64,000 bases of DNA, taken from NCBI GenBank assembly GCA_963804085.1, contig CAWDOQ010000002.1, forward strand, positions 288,001 to 352,000, in the 5' to 3' direction. Shown here in pieces: positions 29,939 to 40,048 of this stretch (positions are counted from its first letter, which is position 1; each line of letters starts with the position of its first letter). The notes beneath the pieces are model-generated. The model worked only from the letters and a program-made list of their open reading frames with translations. It did no database searches and was not told the origin of the DNA. This stretch comes from Chlamydiia bacterium. Lineage in GTDB: Bacteria; Chlamydiota; Chlamydiia; Chlamydiales; Rhabdochlamydiaceae. A program made the position numbers and the translations under genes.

Positions 29939-30715
29939 TTATTTGTCAGTAGGAAGAGGAAGAGCTCTTCGTGTAAATTCTTTGACAATTGTAAACACCG
30001 TTGCACTCGTTGAACATATCAAAATATATGTTCCGGCCGACGCGATGGCGATAAAGAAAGCTGAAATCAACGCGATTGAAGCAAGTGCCACGTAAGAGAT
30101 GTTTATAATCAGATCGATGCTAGCACGCAAAACGATCGTATAACCCTCTTTGAGGGTTTTAATTTTCTCTGCTTCCAGCATATTTCTCTCTAATGTTCTC
30201 ACTGGAGTATCGGGCCAATCTGTATAGATCTTATTGATTCCATCGCCAATTTTGCAGATGTTTTCGTAAGTGCCCTTAATCATGTTGAATAAAAGAGCGC
30301 CTGAATTTATCTGGCTAACAGCGGCCATTGTGGCAGGAGCAAAAGATGCCACACGCGCATGGTACCACTCGGTGAGGTCGACGATAGGCGAGATGATGTC
30401 TATAGAAGAAAAGAAGAGACCTCCTATTGTGTTCACATCGGGGCAATCGTAGACTGCAACTGCACTTCCCAAGATCTTGTTGACTTTGCCAGGAACTTCA
30501 CCTGCCGCCATTAAGTTTTTTGCTTCTTTGGTAGCATTGCGCACATGCATCAGCTCCGGAGAGATTTGCGCTCCAGAAAACTTCATCCCGTCGACGACAT
30601 GGTAGGTAGGTTTCAAAATACCGTTTTTAATTCCGGCGGCGCTCGTTCCCCAGTCAGAAGCTTCGGTTAACCATCCTCTCCAGGAGTGGTCCATAGGTAG
30701 TCTCATAGTGGCCAT
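29939..30715 (-). CDS. Inc/Cap1-like membrane protein (paralog 1)
   Basis: AAGGAG RBS; C-terminal bilobed hydrophobic segment. Confidence 0.6.
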   Translation of the reverse strand: MATMRLPMDHSWRGWLTEASDWGTSAAGIKNGILKPTYHVVDGMKFSGAQISPELMHVRNATKEAKNLMAAGEVPGKVNKILGSAVAVYDCPDVNTIGGLFFSSIDIISPIVDLTEWYHARVASFAPATMAAVSQINSGALLFNMIKGTYENICKIGDGINKIYTDWPDTPVRTLERNMLEAEKIKTLKEGYTIVLRASIDLIINISYVALASIALISAFFIAIASAGTYILICSTSATVFTIVKEFTRRALPLPTDK

Positions 30716-30819
30716 AATTCAGTCTCCTTTAAAAATTGAGCTAAAAGTTTACCATTTTCAGCAATAAACGAAAATAAGAATTAAATTTTTACTTTAGCTT
30801 TCCCTCAGAGAATATTATT

Positions 30820-31791
30820 TTAATTTTGGATAAAAGAAATTTGTTGACGGATTCCATTGATAAATCCATCGACAGGCATCGCTTTTTTGCCTTCTAGCTG
30901 CACCTCTAAGAGAGCAAGCGCCCCTTCGCCGCAAGCGACGACCCACCCTTCCTTGGCATCAAAGGAGAGAAAAGAGCCTGGTTTTCCGGATTTCTCCGGG
31001 GCAAACTTGGTGCGTAAAATTTTCAAACGTTTTTTCTCGCCGCCTATTTCTACGAAGCACCAGGCTCCCGGACGCGGAGAGAGCGCTCGGATCTGGTCGT
31101 GGATCTTGCGTGCAGGCCTATTCCAATCGATCTTCTCTTCGAGGGGTGTGATTTTGGGGGCGAAGGTAGCATGGCTCGGATTTTGTGCTATCTTTTGAAT
31201 ACTCCCCTCTTCTTTGGCATGGATCACTTGTACGAGCGCAGGACATGCGAGGGTACAGAGCTCCTTATCTAACTCGCCCAGTGTCATGTTTTCGGGTATG
31301 GAGAGCTTCACCATCTCCAAGATGTCACCTGCATCCATCTCAAGCACCATCTCCATAATCGTCACTCCTGTCTCTTTGCAGCCGTCCATAAGTGCGCGCT
31401 GCATGGGGGCCGCTCCTCGGTATTTGGGAAGCAAACTCGCATGGACATTGATATTTCCTAGTTTTGGAATGTCGAGAAGATTTCTTTTGATGATCTCTCC
31501 GTAGGCCACTACGACAAAAAGGTCGGGCGCATAGGACTGCAAAGTGGCAGCAAATTCGGGTGTGGAGGCTTTTTCAGGCTGATAAAGAGGCAGTGTGGAT
31601 CCCAGCTTCTCTAAAGCAACTTTCACAGGCGGTGCACTAGATTTTAAAGAACGGCCGAAAGGACGATCGGGCCTTGTGACAACAGCAACAATGTTCTCTC
31701 CCTCTTTCAAAAGATAGGAAAGAACTTCTGCTGCAAAAGCGGAAGTACCGAAGAATATTATTTTAGACTTCTTGCTCGAGGAGCTCTTCAT
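30820..31791 (-). CDS. fmt: Methionyl-tRNA formyltransferase
   Basis: [22 protein letters not shown]. Start uncertain. Confidence 0.96.
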   Translation of the reverse strand: MKSSSSKKSKIIFFGTSAFAAEVLSYLLKEGENIVAVVTRPDRPFGRSLKSSAPPVKVALEKLGSTLPLYQPEKASTPEFAATLQSYAPDLFVVVAYGEIIKRNLLDIPKLGNINVHASLLPKYRGAAPMQRALMDGCKETGVTIMEMVLEMDAGDILEMVKLSIPENMTLGELDKELCTLACPALVQVIHAKEEGSIQKIAQNPSHATFAPKITPLEEKIDWNRPARKIHDQIRALSPRPGAWCFVEIGGEKKRLKILRTKFAPEKSGKPGSFLSFDAKEGWVVACGEGALALLEVQLEGKKAMPVDGFINGIRQQISFIQN

Positions 31792-32605
31792 ACTCGGCAA
31801 AGTCCTCTTGCGGCTCATGTGTGATGCCTTGTAGGCCGATCAAGCCGCGACGGGAATTGCGGCAAAACTCTACCCAGTGGAGGACATGCGGGTTCATCTC
31901 AACCTCTTTTTCGATAAGGTCGAGTGCTTCTGAGAGACGAAGCCCGGAGCGATAGGTCAATTTAAAGGCACGTGTAAGCGCCCTTCTGACCTCAATAGGA
32001 AAACCGTGGCGCTTGAGTCCGATGAGATTTAAACCACCGAGCTTGTAAGGTGCGCCGGCACCCAGAGAGTAGGGAGGCACATCGTGCGTGATGCGGCTAA
32101 AGCCGCCTACCATCGCATACGTGCCGATGCGCGAAAATTGATGAACGGGTGTCATTCCCCCGATAATGGCATAATCTTCGACGACAACGTGTCCTGCGAG
32201 CATCGCATTGTTTGCCATGATGACGCGATTGCCGATCTCGCAGTTATGCGCGACGTGGCAGTAGGCCATGATGAGGCAGTTGTCTCCAATTTTGACTACG
32301 GAGTTTTCTTGGCATGAGGAGTTGATCGTCGCAAATTCGCGAATCTCGCAATTTTTGCCGATGACGACGTAGGTCTTCTCTCCACGAAATTTGAGATCTT
32401 GTGTCTTTGTACCGATGCTAGCAGAAGGCCAGATGATGGTGCCTTCGCCGATAGTGGTGTTTCCATCGATATAAGCATGCGACTTTACTGTAACCCCATC
32501 ATGAAGCGTCACCGTGCTCTTGATGACTGCGAAGGGTTCGATCGTGACGTTTTTACCGATCTTGGCACCAGCTTCGATCACTGCTTGAGGGTGTATATTT
32601 GCCAT
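31763..32605 (-). CDS. lpxA: UDP-N-acetylglucosamine acyltransferase
   Basis: Hexapeptide repeats; [20 protein letters not shown]. Confidence 0.97.
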   Translation of the reverse strand: MANIHPQAVIEAGAKIGKNVTIEPFAVIKSTVTLHDGVTVKSHAYIDGNTTIGEGTIIWPSASIGTKTQDLKFRGEKTYVVIGKNCEIREFATINSSCQENSVVKIGDNCLIMAYCHVAHNCEIGNRVIMANNAMLAGHVVVEDYAIIGGMTPVHQFSRIGTYAMVGGFSRITHDVPPYSLGAGAPYKLGGLNLIGLKRHGFPIEVRRALTRAFKLTYRSGLRLSEALDLIEKEVEMNPHVLHWVEFCRNSRRGLIGLQGITHEPQEDFAEYEELLEQEV

Positions 32606-32644
32606 GTGCAACCAAGGTTGTTAATTTATAAGAGGTCTATCATT

Positions 32645-33112
32645 TCACAGCTGCTCTTTGTGAACAAGTGCAAATCCCACTTCTGCCTCGACAGCTAGCT
32701 GGTCGTTTACCATTGCTTTGGCTTGCACTCTGCCCCCTTTGTTGCTCAAATGAAGCCCGACGACGTGTAAAGTGAGAATATCGCCAGGCACTGCTGGCTT
32801 GCGGAATTTTACATTATTAACGCTCAATAAAACAGCGATCTTCTCATTATATCCTTTCTGGTGCGCTAAGATGCCGCCTGTCTGAGCCATCGCTTCTAAA
32901 ATAAGGACGCCGGGCATAATCGGTGCGCCGGGGAAGTGGCCCTGGAAAAAGTGTTCATTTACTGTTAAATTTTTTTGTCCAATGATCGTGCTCTCTTCCA
33001 AATTGAGATAGGTAATCCTATCGACAAGTAGGAAGGGATAGCGGTGAGGTAAGATTTTTAATATATCTTTCACATCTAAAACGGGAGACTGGCGCGACGT
33101 ATGGATGGTCAT
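32645..33112 (-). CDS. fabZ: 3-hydroxyacyl-ACP dehydratase
   Basis: LPHRYPFLLVD; GHFPGAPIMPGVLILEAMAQ. Confidence 0.97.
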   Translation of the reverse strand: MTIHTSRQSPVLDVKDILKILPHRYPFLLVDRITYLNLEESTIIGQKNLTVNEHFFQGHFPGAPIMPGVLILEAMAQTGGILAHQKGYNEKIAVLLSVNNVKFRKPAVPGDILTLHVVGLHLSNKGGRVQAKAMVNDQLAVEAEVGFALVHKEQL

Positions 33113-34027
33113 CTAAGAACTCTCCATTTTAATATGATTTAGCAATTCTCTCGCAAAGGCGACGTTCGAGGCATGACCTGAGCGAATAGCGATAATATGT
33201 GCCAAAAAAGGAATTGCTACAAGTGATAAATCGCCAATCAGATCTAAAATTTTGTGACGGACCATCTCATCTGCAAAGCGTAAACCCTCTGGGTTCATCA
33301 CGGCGTTATCTTTAATCAGAATAGCATTTTCTAAGGTGCCCCCTTTCAACATCCCCTTTTCAATAAGAGGAGCGATCTCCTCGTATAAAGAAAAAGTGCG
33401 GCAAGGAGCGATCTCCTCTTTAAAACGGCTCTCTTCGACACAAAACGAGTAGTATTGCGAACGCAAAAAGGGCGAATGAGGGTAGTGAAGCGTATAGCTT
33501 ACACGATACTCATCCGATGGAAGAGCCACTAGATGGACATCTCCCTTAGACCAGAAGAGCGGTTTTTGCAATGTCCAAAACTCCTTCTCCTCCTTTTGCA
33601 AAGAGACGCCCGCCTCTTCGATCAGTTTGCAAAATCCGAGCGCGCTGCCATCCAAAATGGGAATCTCGGGTCCTGTTACCTCTATTAAGAGGTTGTCGAT
33701 CTGGTAGGCCCGCAATGCAGAGAGAAGATGTTCGACAGTCTGGACAAGAATGCCTTCGCTGCCCAGCTTGCTATTACCGATGATAGTGCAACGCGGCGTA
33801 CCCTGCACATAATCCAACGTCGCAGGCAAAAAAGGCTTATGCGGAAGGTCAAGACGCTGAAAAAGAATACCCGTATCAGCCTCTGCAGGAGATAGCCGTA
33901 CAGTGGCATTCTCTCCTAAAAAAAGACCAACTCCCGAAATGGAAATGGAACGTTTTAGAGTCCGCTGCTTCTGTTTGGATAGAGCAGCTGTTTTACGCGC
34001 AGGTAAAACACTACTAGATGCTGACAA
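33113..34027 (-). CDS. lpxC: UDP-3-O-acyl-GlcNAc deacetylase
   Basis: TVEHLLSAL; RHKILDLIGDL. Confidence 0.97.
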   Translation of the reverse strand: MSASSSVLPARKTAALSKQKQRTLKRSISISGVGLFLGENATVRLSPAEADTGILFQRLDLPHKPFLPATLDYVQGTPRCTIIGNSKLGSEGILVQTVEHLLSALRAYQIDNLLIEVTGPEIPILDGSALGFCKLIEEAGVSLQKEEKEFWTLQKPLFWSKGDVHLVALPSDEYRVSYTLHYPHSPFLRSQYYSFCVEESRFKEEIAPCRTFSLYEEIAPLIEKGMLKGGTLENAILIKDNAVMNPEGLRFADEMVRHKILDLIGDLSLVAIPFLAHIIAIRSGHASNVAFARELLNHIKMESS

Positions 34028-34044
34028 AAGAATTCCTCAATAAT

Positions 34045-35712
34045 TTAATTCTTCAAAAACTTATCCGACCTCTTTATTTTAAACAAGAAAGAAAAAGCAA
34101 GACTTAAGAAACAAAGGGTGATCAAACACCCATCGCCCCAGTAGGTATATAAAGTTTTATAATGGTAAAGCGAAAGCGGAAGAGCGACCAGACCCATCTG
34201 TAATTTATTGTTCTCATCTAACTCTCCCAACTTTCCTTTGACACGTCCTAAACTATCAATCGCAGCTGTTATCCCCGTGTTGCAGGAGCGAACCAGCGGC
34301 ACACCATTTTCCACTGTACGTAAACGCGCATGGTCAAAATGCTGCTGAGGCAAACGCGAAAATGGGTAGTAGTTGTCGTTTGTCAAATTGATGAATAGAG
34401 AGGCGCCTTTCATCCGACTTAAGCGCATCAAATGGGGAAAGGTCTCCTCATAGCAGATCGAAAGAGCGATCGGTCGTGCCCCCTGAAAGACCTTGCTCTC
34501 CTCTCCCTTAGTAAAAAATTCTGCGATTCCATACTTTTTTACATAGGGCAGGCACCAGTTAAAAGGCAGGTACTCTGCAAGAGGAAGCAAGATCTGCTTC
34601 TCATATCTTTCACAAGAAAGCCTGCTAGGTAAAAGATGAAATGCTGCATTGTAGTTTTCTTTTAACACCGTCTCGCGATCATCTAACCCAATTACCACTT
34701 CCGCATCAAAATGCGCAGCAATAGTTTGGGCCCAAAAAAGGTTGGAGACAAGCCACCTCTCTTTTCCTGCGATCTCCTTCTTTTCTGCGTAGGGTGGATG
34801 AAGCGGAGGAAACAGTTCTGCGCCTAGCTCTCTTTGCAACATCTTCACCGCATCTTCTATTGGATAAAGTGGCTCCTTAGCTAAAAAGGGAAGAGCTGCT
34901 TCGGGAAGAACAATCAGATCGAACTTCTCCTTCCCCTCTTCTTTTAACAGCCTCAGGATTCGCCGCCACTGCTCCCAGGGAGAAAGAAAATCTTTAGCAC
35001 GGCCACCCATCGGTATTTTTTCCGAAGGAAGAAGACCGGTCTGGACGAGGGCAACAGAGAGCTCTTCACCCGGCATATGCGCATGGTAAGCGAGATGAGC
35101 GATACCGAACAGATAAGGAAAAGAGAGAAAACCTAAAGAGAGAATAGCCGTTTTGCGCACACGCCCGCGGACAAAACTATATAGGGCAGCATTGGTCAGC
35201 ATCACCCAAAAAGAGAGGCCGAGCACACCCCAGACGCTCGCGAGCTGCAGTGAAGGGAGATAGGATGTCAAGCTGATGCCCACAAGATTAAATGAAAGGC
35301 CGCAGAGAAAATAGAAACGCACCCACTCCATCAGCGTCCACAAAGAGGCAACCGTGAGCATCTCCAAGAAACGCATTCCCCGATCTTTTGGGATAAGGAG
35401 GGTGAGCAGGCCAAACTGCAATCCTAAAGCAAGTGCAAGTAAAAGATAGACCACCAGAATGTAAACACCCTGGTACTCGATAGAAGTCATCCAAGAGAGC
35501 TGCACAAGCTGGACAGCTGCAAACCAGATAGCTGCTTTATAAAAACGCCCGCTGCCACGCACTCCATACCAAAAGAGCGCAAAACCGCACGCAGCGGCTA
35601 CCGGCCCAAGCCATGGCAGCCACCCGGGCTGCCCGAATGCAACAATGATAAAGCTTAAAAAACTACTTAGAAGCGCTCTCTGGTTTTTTAACAGGTAGAT
35701 CACCCTTTCCAT
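34045..35712 (-). CDS. lnt: Apolipoprotein N-acyltransferase
   Basis: LPEAA; YEKQILLPLAEY; SICYEE. Start uncertain. Confidence 0.93.
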   Translation of the reverse strand: MERVIYLLKNQRALLSSFLSFIIVAFGQPGWLPWLGPVAAACGFALFWYGVRGSGRFYKAAIWFAAVQLVQLSWMTSIEYQGVYILVVYLLLALALGLQFGLLTLLIPKDRGMRFLEMLTVASLWTLMEWVRFYFLCGLSFNLVGISLTSYLPSLQLASVWGVLGLSFWVMLTNAALYSFVRGRVRKTAILSLGFLSFPYLFGIAHLAYHAHMPGEELSVALVQTGLLPSEKIPMGGRAKDFLSPWEQWRRILRLLKEEGKEKFDLIVLPEAALPFLAKEPLYPIEDAVKMLQRELGAELFPPLHPPYAEKKEIAGKERWLVSNLFWAQTIAAHFDAEVVIGLDDRETVLKENYNAAFHLLPSRLSCERYEKQILLPLAEYLPFNWCLPYVKKYGIAEFFTKGEESKVFQGARPIALSICYEETFPHLMRLSRMKGASLFINLTNDNYYPFSRLPQQHFDHARLRTVENGVPLVRSCNTGITAAIDSLGRVKGKLGELDENNKLQMGLVALPLSLYHYKTLYTYWGDGCLITLCFLSLAFSFLFKIKRSDKFLKN

Positions 35713-36127
35713 AAGCCAATAGGATGAGCAAACCGCCAAAAATACTCAAATTCTTTAAGAACATAATCATCTGAAGCTCCCGATCGGCTCCTTGCAGCCA
35801 CCAGAAGTGGTGACAGAAAAAAGTAGCAGGGAGCAAAAAGAGGAGCAAAAGAAAAGCCCCAAAGCGCACTTTGACACCAAAAAAGACCAGAAGCCCGCCG
35901 AAAATCTGGAAAAAGACAGCCACAAGAAGCAAGAGATGCGAAAGAGGTAGCAGCATCCCCATCATCGAATGGAGCTCACCGCCTGGCTGCAAAAAGTTAA
36001 CCGTCTCCGTCATAGCATTCGCCACCAAGCTCTCTGTCCCCTCCCAACTCATCATCATATTAATAGCCGACAGAATAAAGATCAGGCTAAGACAAACCCT
36101 TCCAAAAAGCGCCACAAGCGATTTCAT
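35663..36127 (-). CDS. DoxX family membrane protein
   Basis: GRVCLSLIF; FLKNLSIFGGLL. Confidence 0.9.
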   Translation of the reverse strand: MKSLVALFGRVCLSLIFILSAINMMMSWEGTESLVANAMTETVNFLQPGGELHSMMGMLLPLSHLLLLVAVFFQIFGGLLVFFGVKVRFGAFLLLLFLLPATFFCHHFWWLQGADRELQMIMFLKNLSIFGGLLILLAYGKGDLPVKKPESASK

Positions 36128-36193
36128 TGCAAACTCCTATTAAGAATAATTTATAAATAACAGAAATGGAAAATAGGTGAAATCTTTTTAAGT

Positions 36194-36855
36194 AGCTGAC
36201 CCATACACATGTCGGGGGACGAGCGATTCTCGTCCCGCCCCCCTGCTGGCCCCCTTGCGCCTCACCTCGCTGTGCCAAATCACGTGCTCGTCGGGGGGCC
36301 GTGTATAACACGGCACCGCCACGCGCTTTCGCGCTCTCCTGCGGCAGTGATTTTGCTGTGCGATCTGAGTCGATTGGCTGCTCGGCGCATTCCCTCCCCA
36401 CTCCTTCGTCGCGGGGCCCCTTCCATGTCGGCTCGCAGAGCCATCCTTAAAGAGTGTATCTTTCTTGTATGGAGTGCGGCGACTCGTCGCCGCTTTTCTC
36501 CATCGGGACTTGTCACGATGCCTCTTTGAAGAGCAGCGACAAGTCGCTGTCTAACAAAGCGGCGACGAGTCGCCGCACTCCACATAAGAGTGTATCCAAG
36601 CATTGACAGGCTCTGCGACACGACGCGAGGAGGGACCCGCGCTGAAAGCGTGGGAGGTGAGCGCGCGAGCAGCCATTCGACTCAGATCGCACAGCAAAAT
36701 TGTACCACAGGAGAGCGCGAAAGCGCGTGGCGGTGCCGTGTTATACACGGCCCCCCGACGAGGACACGATTTGGCAAAGCGAGGTGAGGCGCAAGGGGGC
36801 CAGCGGGGGACATGCGCACGAAGTGGCTTGTCCCCGACATGTGTATAGGTAAGCC
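36194..36855. repeat. ~660-bp composite palindrome: ~245-bp inverted arms around a REP doublet
   Basis: Arms 36194-36443 and 36609-36855 share long exact blocks (e.g. CTCGTCGGGGGGCCGTGTATAACACGGCACCGCCACGCGCTTTCGCGCTCTCCTG); inner element 36461-36585. Confidence 0.9.
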
Positions 36856-36856
36856 C

Positions 36857-37309
36857 CTAAATAGATTTTACAAAGCTTTTGTAATAGTCTAGGGCTTCTT
36901 TGCCGCCGATGATTAGGGGGAGGTGGAGGGCTTGGGCGGGGGTTACCCATCTGGCTTCTGCGTGTTCGTTTTGGGCGAGGAGTAAAGCGGGGATCTCTGC
37001 AAACTGGGTATGAAAGAGGTAGAAGATGTAGTCCATTTCGGGGAGGCACATGTAGAGAGGGCCCATGTCGGTCAAGGCTCCGTCTGGAATTTTCACTCCC
37101 ACCTCTTCGTACACCTCTCGAATGATAGCTGCGCGAGGAGTCTCTCCCTTCTCCAGCTTACCTCCGGGTAGACACCAGGTGTTGGGTTGAGGTCTGCCCT
37201 GCTGTCTTTTTAAGAAGAGAATTTTGTCACCACACACGCAGTAGCAACCGGCGACTTCCATCGCAGGAGCAAAATCATCGGGACGTTCTGTACAAACTTT
37301 GTATCTCAT
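36857..37309 (-). CDS. NUDIX hydrolase
   Basis: Nudix box GGKLEKGETPRAAIIREVYEEVG. Confidence 0.93.
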   Translation of the reverse strand: MRYKVCTERPDDFAPAMEVAGCYCVCGDKILFLKRQQGRPQPNTWCLPGGKLEKGETPRAAIIREVYEEVGVKIPDGALTDMGPLYMCLPEMDYIFYLFHTQFAEIPALLLAQNEHAEARWVTPAQALHLPLIIGGKEALDYYKSFVKSI

Positions 37310-37387
37310 AGGAATGCGGGCAATTTTAGACCAATCTTCGATTTTCCACTAGATTTTAAGAAAGACAGAAGGCAGAATCTTTAAAAT

Positions 37388-38860
37388 ATGAAATTTTTCA
37401 CAAAACTTGCCAAAGGCCTATTCGCAAAAAAGTCGATAGCTGCCGTACTAGAAGAAGCATCCGATAAAAAAGAGGGGCTAAAACGCGCCCTCGGCCCTTT
37501 AAACCTGACCGCCATTGGTATTGGTGCGATTATCGGTGCCGGACTTTTCGTCTTAACGGGCGATGCTGCAGCAAATGCTGCGGGACCCGGCGTTCTCTTC
37601 TCGTTTCTTATCGCTGCCATCGTCTGCTGCTTTGCAGCGCTTTGCTACGCCGAATTTGCTTCTCTTGTGCCGATTGCAGGTAGTGCTTACACCTACGCCT
37701 ACATCGCGATGGGTGAATTCTTCGCTTGGATCATGGCGCTTGCCCTCACCCTGGAATATCTTTTTTCGTCTGCGACAGTCTCGGTGGGTTGGTCCGGTTA
37801 TTTTGCCAGCTTAATGCGCGACTTTGGCATCGACTTGCCTGCAGTTCTTTCTAAAGCCCCCCTCATGCACACTGCACAAGACGGTTGGGTGCTGACAGGC
37901 GCTTTTATCAATTTACCAGCTGTGATCATCATCGGCCTCCTCGCTATACTTGTTTCTCGAGGCGTGCAATCTGCAGCATTTCTAAATAACATCCTTGTCT
38001 ACGTAAAAATCATCGTGATTCTGCTCTTCATCGGATTTGGCGTCTCTTTGATTAAGAGCGACAATCTCTTCCCTCTCATTCCTCCTAATACCGGAACGTT
38101 TGGAGAGTTTGGCTGGAGCGGAATCTTGCGCGGGGCAGGGATCGTCTTCTTTGCGTTTTTGGGATTTGACTCTGTCTCTACTCTTGCTCAAGAAGCCAAA
38201 AATCCAAAGCGGGATCTTCCCATCGGTATGCTCGGATCGTTAGGGATATCCAGCGTCCTCTACATGATATTTGCAGTTGTATTGACCGGAGTTGTGAGCT
38301 ACAAAATGCTCGGCGTAGAAGATCCAATCGCCGTCGCCGTAAATGCCTTCGGCCCTCAATTTAAATGGCTGCGCTACATCGTCAACTTTGCTATTTTGAG
38401 CGGTCTTACCTCCGTGACCCTCGTGATGCTCATGGGACAAGCGCGCATCTTTTACACTATTTCACATGATGGACTTCTCCCTAAAGCATTCGGAACGGTC
38501 CACCCTAAATTCCGCACACCCTATTTTTCCACATTTGTAGTGGCGATTACCGGTATGGTCCTTGCCGGCTTTTTCCCAGTAGGAATTTTAGGCAAACTCA
38601 CCTCTATGGGCGCGCTCTTTGCCTTTGGCATGGTCTGCTTGGGAGTTTTCATTTTACACTTCTCACAGCCGAAATTGCACCGCCCCTTTAAAACTCCTTG
38701 GTCGCCTTGGATCCCATTGCTCGGCACACTCTCTTGCTTCACGCTGATGGTACTAATGCCAGCTGTTATCTGGTTACAGCTCGCCATCTTCCTTGTACTT
38801 GGGTGCACCTTCTACTTCTTGTACGGCAGGAAGCACAGCAAACTGCGCCAGAAACAATAG
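37388..38860 (+). CDS. APC-family amino acid permease (cationic amino acid transporter-like)
   Basis: GIGAIIGAGLF; GSAYTY; FFAFLGFD; EAKNPKRDLP. Confidence 0.95.
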   Translation: MKFFTKLAKGLFAKKSIAAVLEEASDKKEGLKRALGPLNLTAIGIGAIIGAGLFVLTGDAAANAAGPGVLFSFLIAAIVCCFAALCYAEFASLVPIAGSAYTYAYIAMGEFFAWIMALALTLEYLFSSATVSVGWSGYFASLMRDFGIDLPAVLSKAPLMHTAQDGWVLTGAFINLPAVIIIGLLAILVSRGVQSAAFLNNILVYVKIIVILLFIGFGVSLIKSDNLFPLIPPNTGTFGEFGWSGILRGAGIVFFAFLGFDSVSTLAQEAKNPKRDLPIGMLGSLGISSVLYMIFAVVLTGVVSYKMLGVEDPIAVAVNAFGPQFKWLRYIVNFAILSGLTSVTLVMLMGQARIFYTISHDGLLPKAFGTVHPKFRTPYFSTFVVAITGMVLAGFFPVGILGKLTSMGALFAFGMVCLGVFILHFSQPKLHRPFKTPWSPWIPLLGTLSCFTLMVLMPAVIWLQLAIFLVLGCTFYFLYGRKHSKLRQKQ

Positions 38861-38913
38861 TTTTTTTTAATTTTCCAACGAAATAAGAATTGGTGTATAA
38901 ATGAACAATTATT

Positions 38914-40047
38914 ATGCACAACTCTTTTCAAAAACGACATATATTTGACATTCTTTCTTCCTACGAAGAACAAAGGTCTCCTTTAGACCTATTCTTAAGC
39001 GGGTATTTCCGCGCTCACAAATCCGTAGGCGCAAATGATAGACGCCTCATCTGCCAAACCGTCTACGGGATGATCCGCTGGAAAGGGCTCCTTGACCACT
39101 TTGTTGGAAAGACTCCTTGCTGGGAGGGCAGGTACGCCATTTTTGTCGGAATAAACCCCCTCGATTTTCGGGAAAAAGAAGAGATCCCTATTCACGTCCG
39201 CGCCAGCTTTCCCAAAGCCTATTTTGAACTTTTAGAAGAAAATTATGGGCAGGAAAAAGCGTTAGAACTTGCGCTTATCAGCAATCAGGAAGCGCCCACC
39301 ACAATTCGTGTGAATCTTTTGAAGACTACTCGCGAAGCACTCTTCGAAAAGTGGAAAAAAGAGTATGCCGTGTCCCTCTCTACCCACTCTCCTTGGGGCA
39401 TCCATTTCCATAAAAAGATCAACTTTCTGGCAACAGATGAGTTCAAACAGGGCCTCTTCGAAATACAAGATGAGGGGAGCCAACTCATCGCACGCCTCGT
39501 CGGCGCCTCTGCCGGCCAAGAAGTATTAGATTTTTGCGCAGGAGCAGGAGGCAAAACACTTGCTTTTGCTCCCATCATGCAAAACAAGGGACAGGTCTAT
39601 CTACACGACATCCGTCCTTTGGCTTTAGAGCAGGCAAAAAAAAGACTGCGCCGTGCAGGCATCCAAAATGCGCAAGTCTTGCTGCCAGACTCACCTAAGA
39701 AAAAACTCTTAAAAAAACGGATGGACTGGGTGCTGCTAGATGTGCCTTGCTCCGGATCAGGCACATTGCGGCGCAACCCCGACATGAAGTGGAAATTTGA
39801 CACCGCAATTGTGGACAGACTAGTCGAAGAGCAAAGACGCATCGTAGAAGAAGCGCTCGTCTATTTGCGCCCGGACGGCTTTTTAGTCTATGCGACTTGC
39901 AGCCTCTTTAAACAAGAGAATGAGGAGCAGATCGCCTTTTTCGAAAAAACATTTAACTTAAAGTGTGTAGGGACCCCGTTTTATTGCCACCCACAGAGCG
40001 GCGGCATGGATGGATTTTTTGGAGCACTTTTAAAAAGAGCCTTTTGA
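38914..40047 (+). CDS. RsmB/NOP-family RNA m5C methyltransferase
   Basis: QDEGSQL; DFCAGAGGKT; DVPCSGSG; YATCS. Confidence 0.93.
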   Translation: MHNSFQKRHIFDILSSYEEQRSPLDLFLSGYFRAHKSVGANDRRLICQTVYGMIRWKGLLDHFVGKTPCWEGRYAIFVGINPLDFREKEEIPIHVRASFPKAYFELLEENYGQEKALELALISNQEAPTTIRVNLLKTTREALFEKWKKEYAVSLSTHSPWGIHFHKKINFLATDEFKQGLFEIQDEGSQLIARLVGASAGQEVLDFCAGAGGKTLAFAPIMQNKGQVYLHDIRPLALEQAKKRLRRAGIQNAQVLLPDSPKKKLLKKRMDWVLLDVPCSGSGTLRRNPDMKWKFDTAIVDRLVEEQRRIVEEALVYLRPDGFLVYATCSLFKQENEEQIAFFEKTFNLKCVGTPFYCHPQSGGMDGFFGALLKRAF

Positions 40048-40048
40048 T

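Noticed and set aside
36087-36848. Several overlapping 65-113 aa ORFs
   Set aside because: They arise from the GC-rich palindrome; mirrored peptides appear on both strands and there is no RBS or domain.
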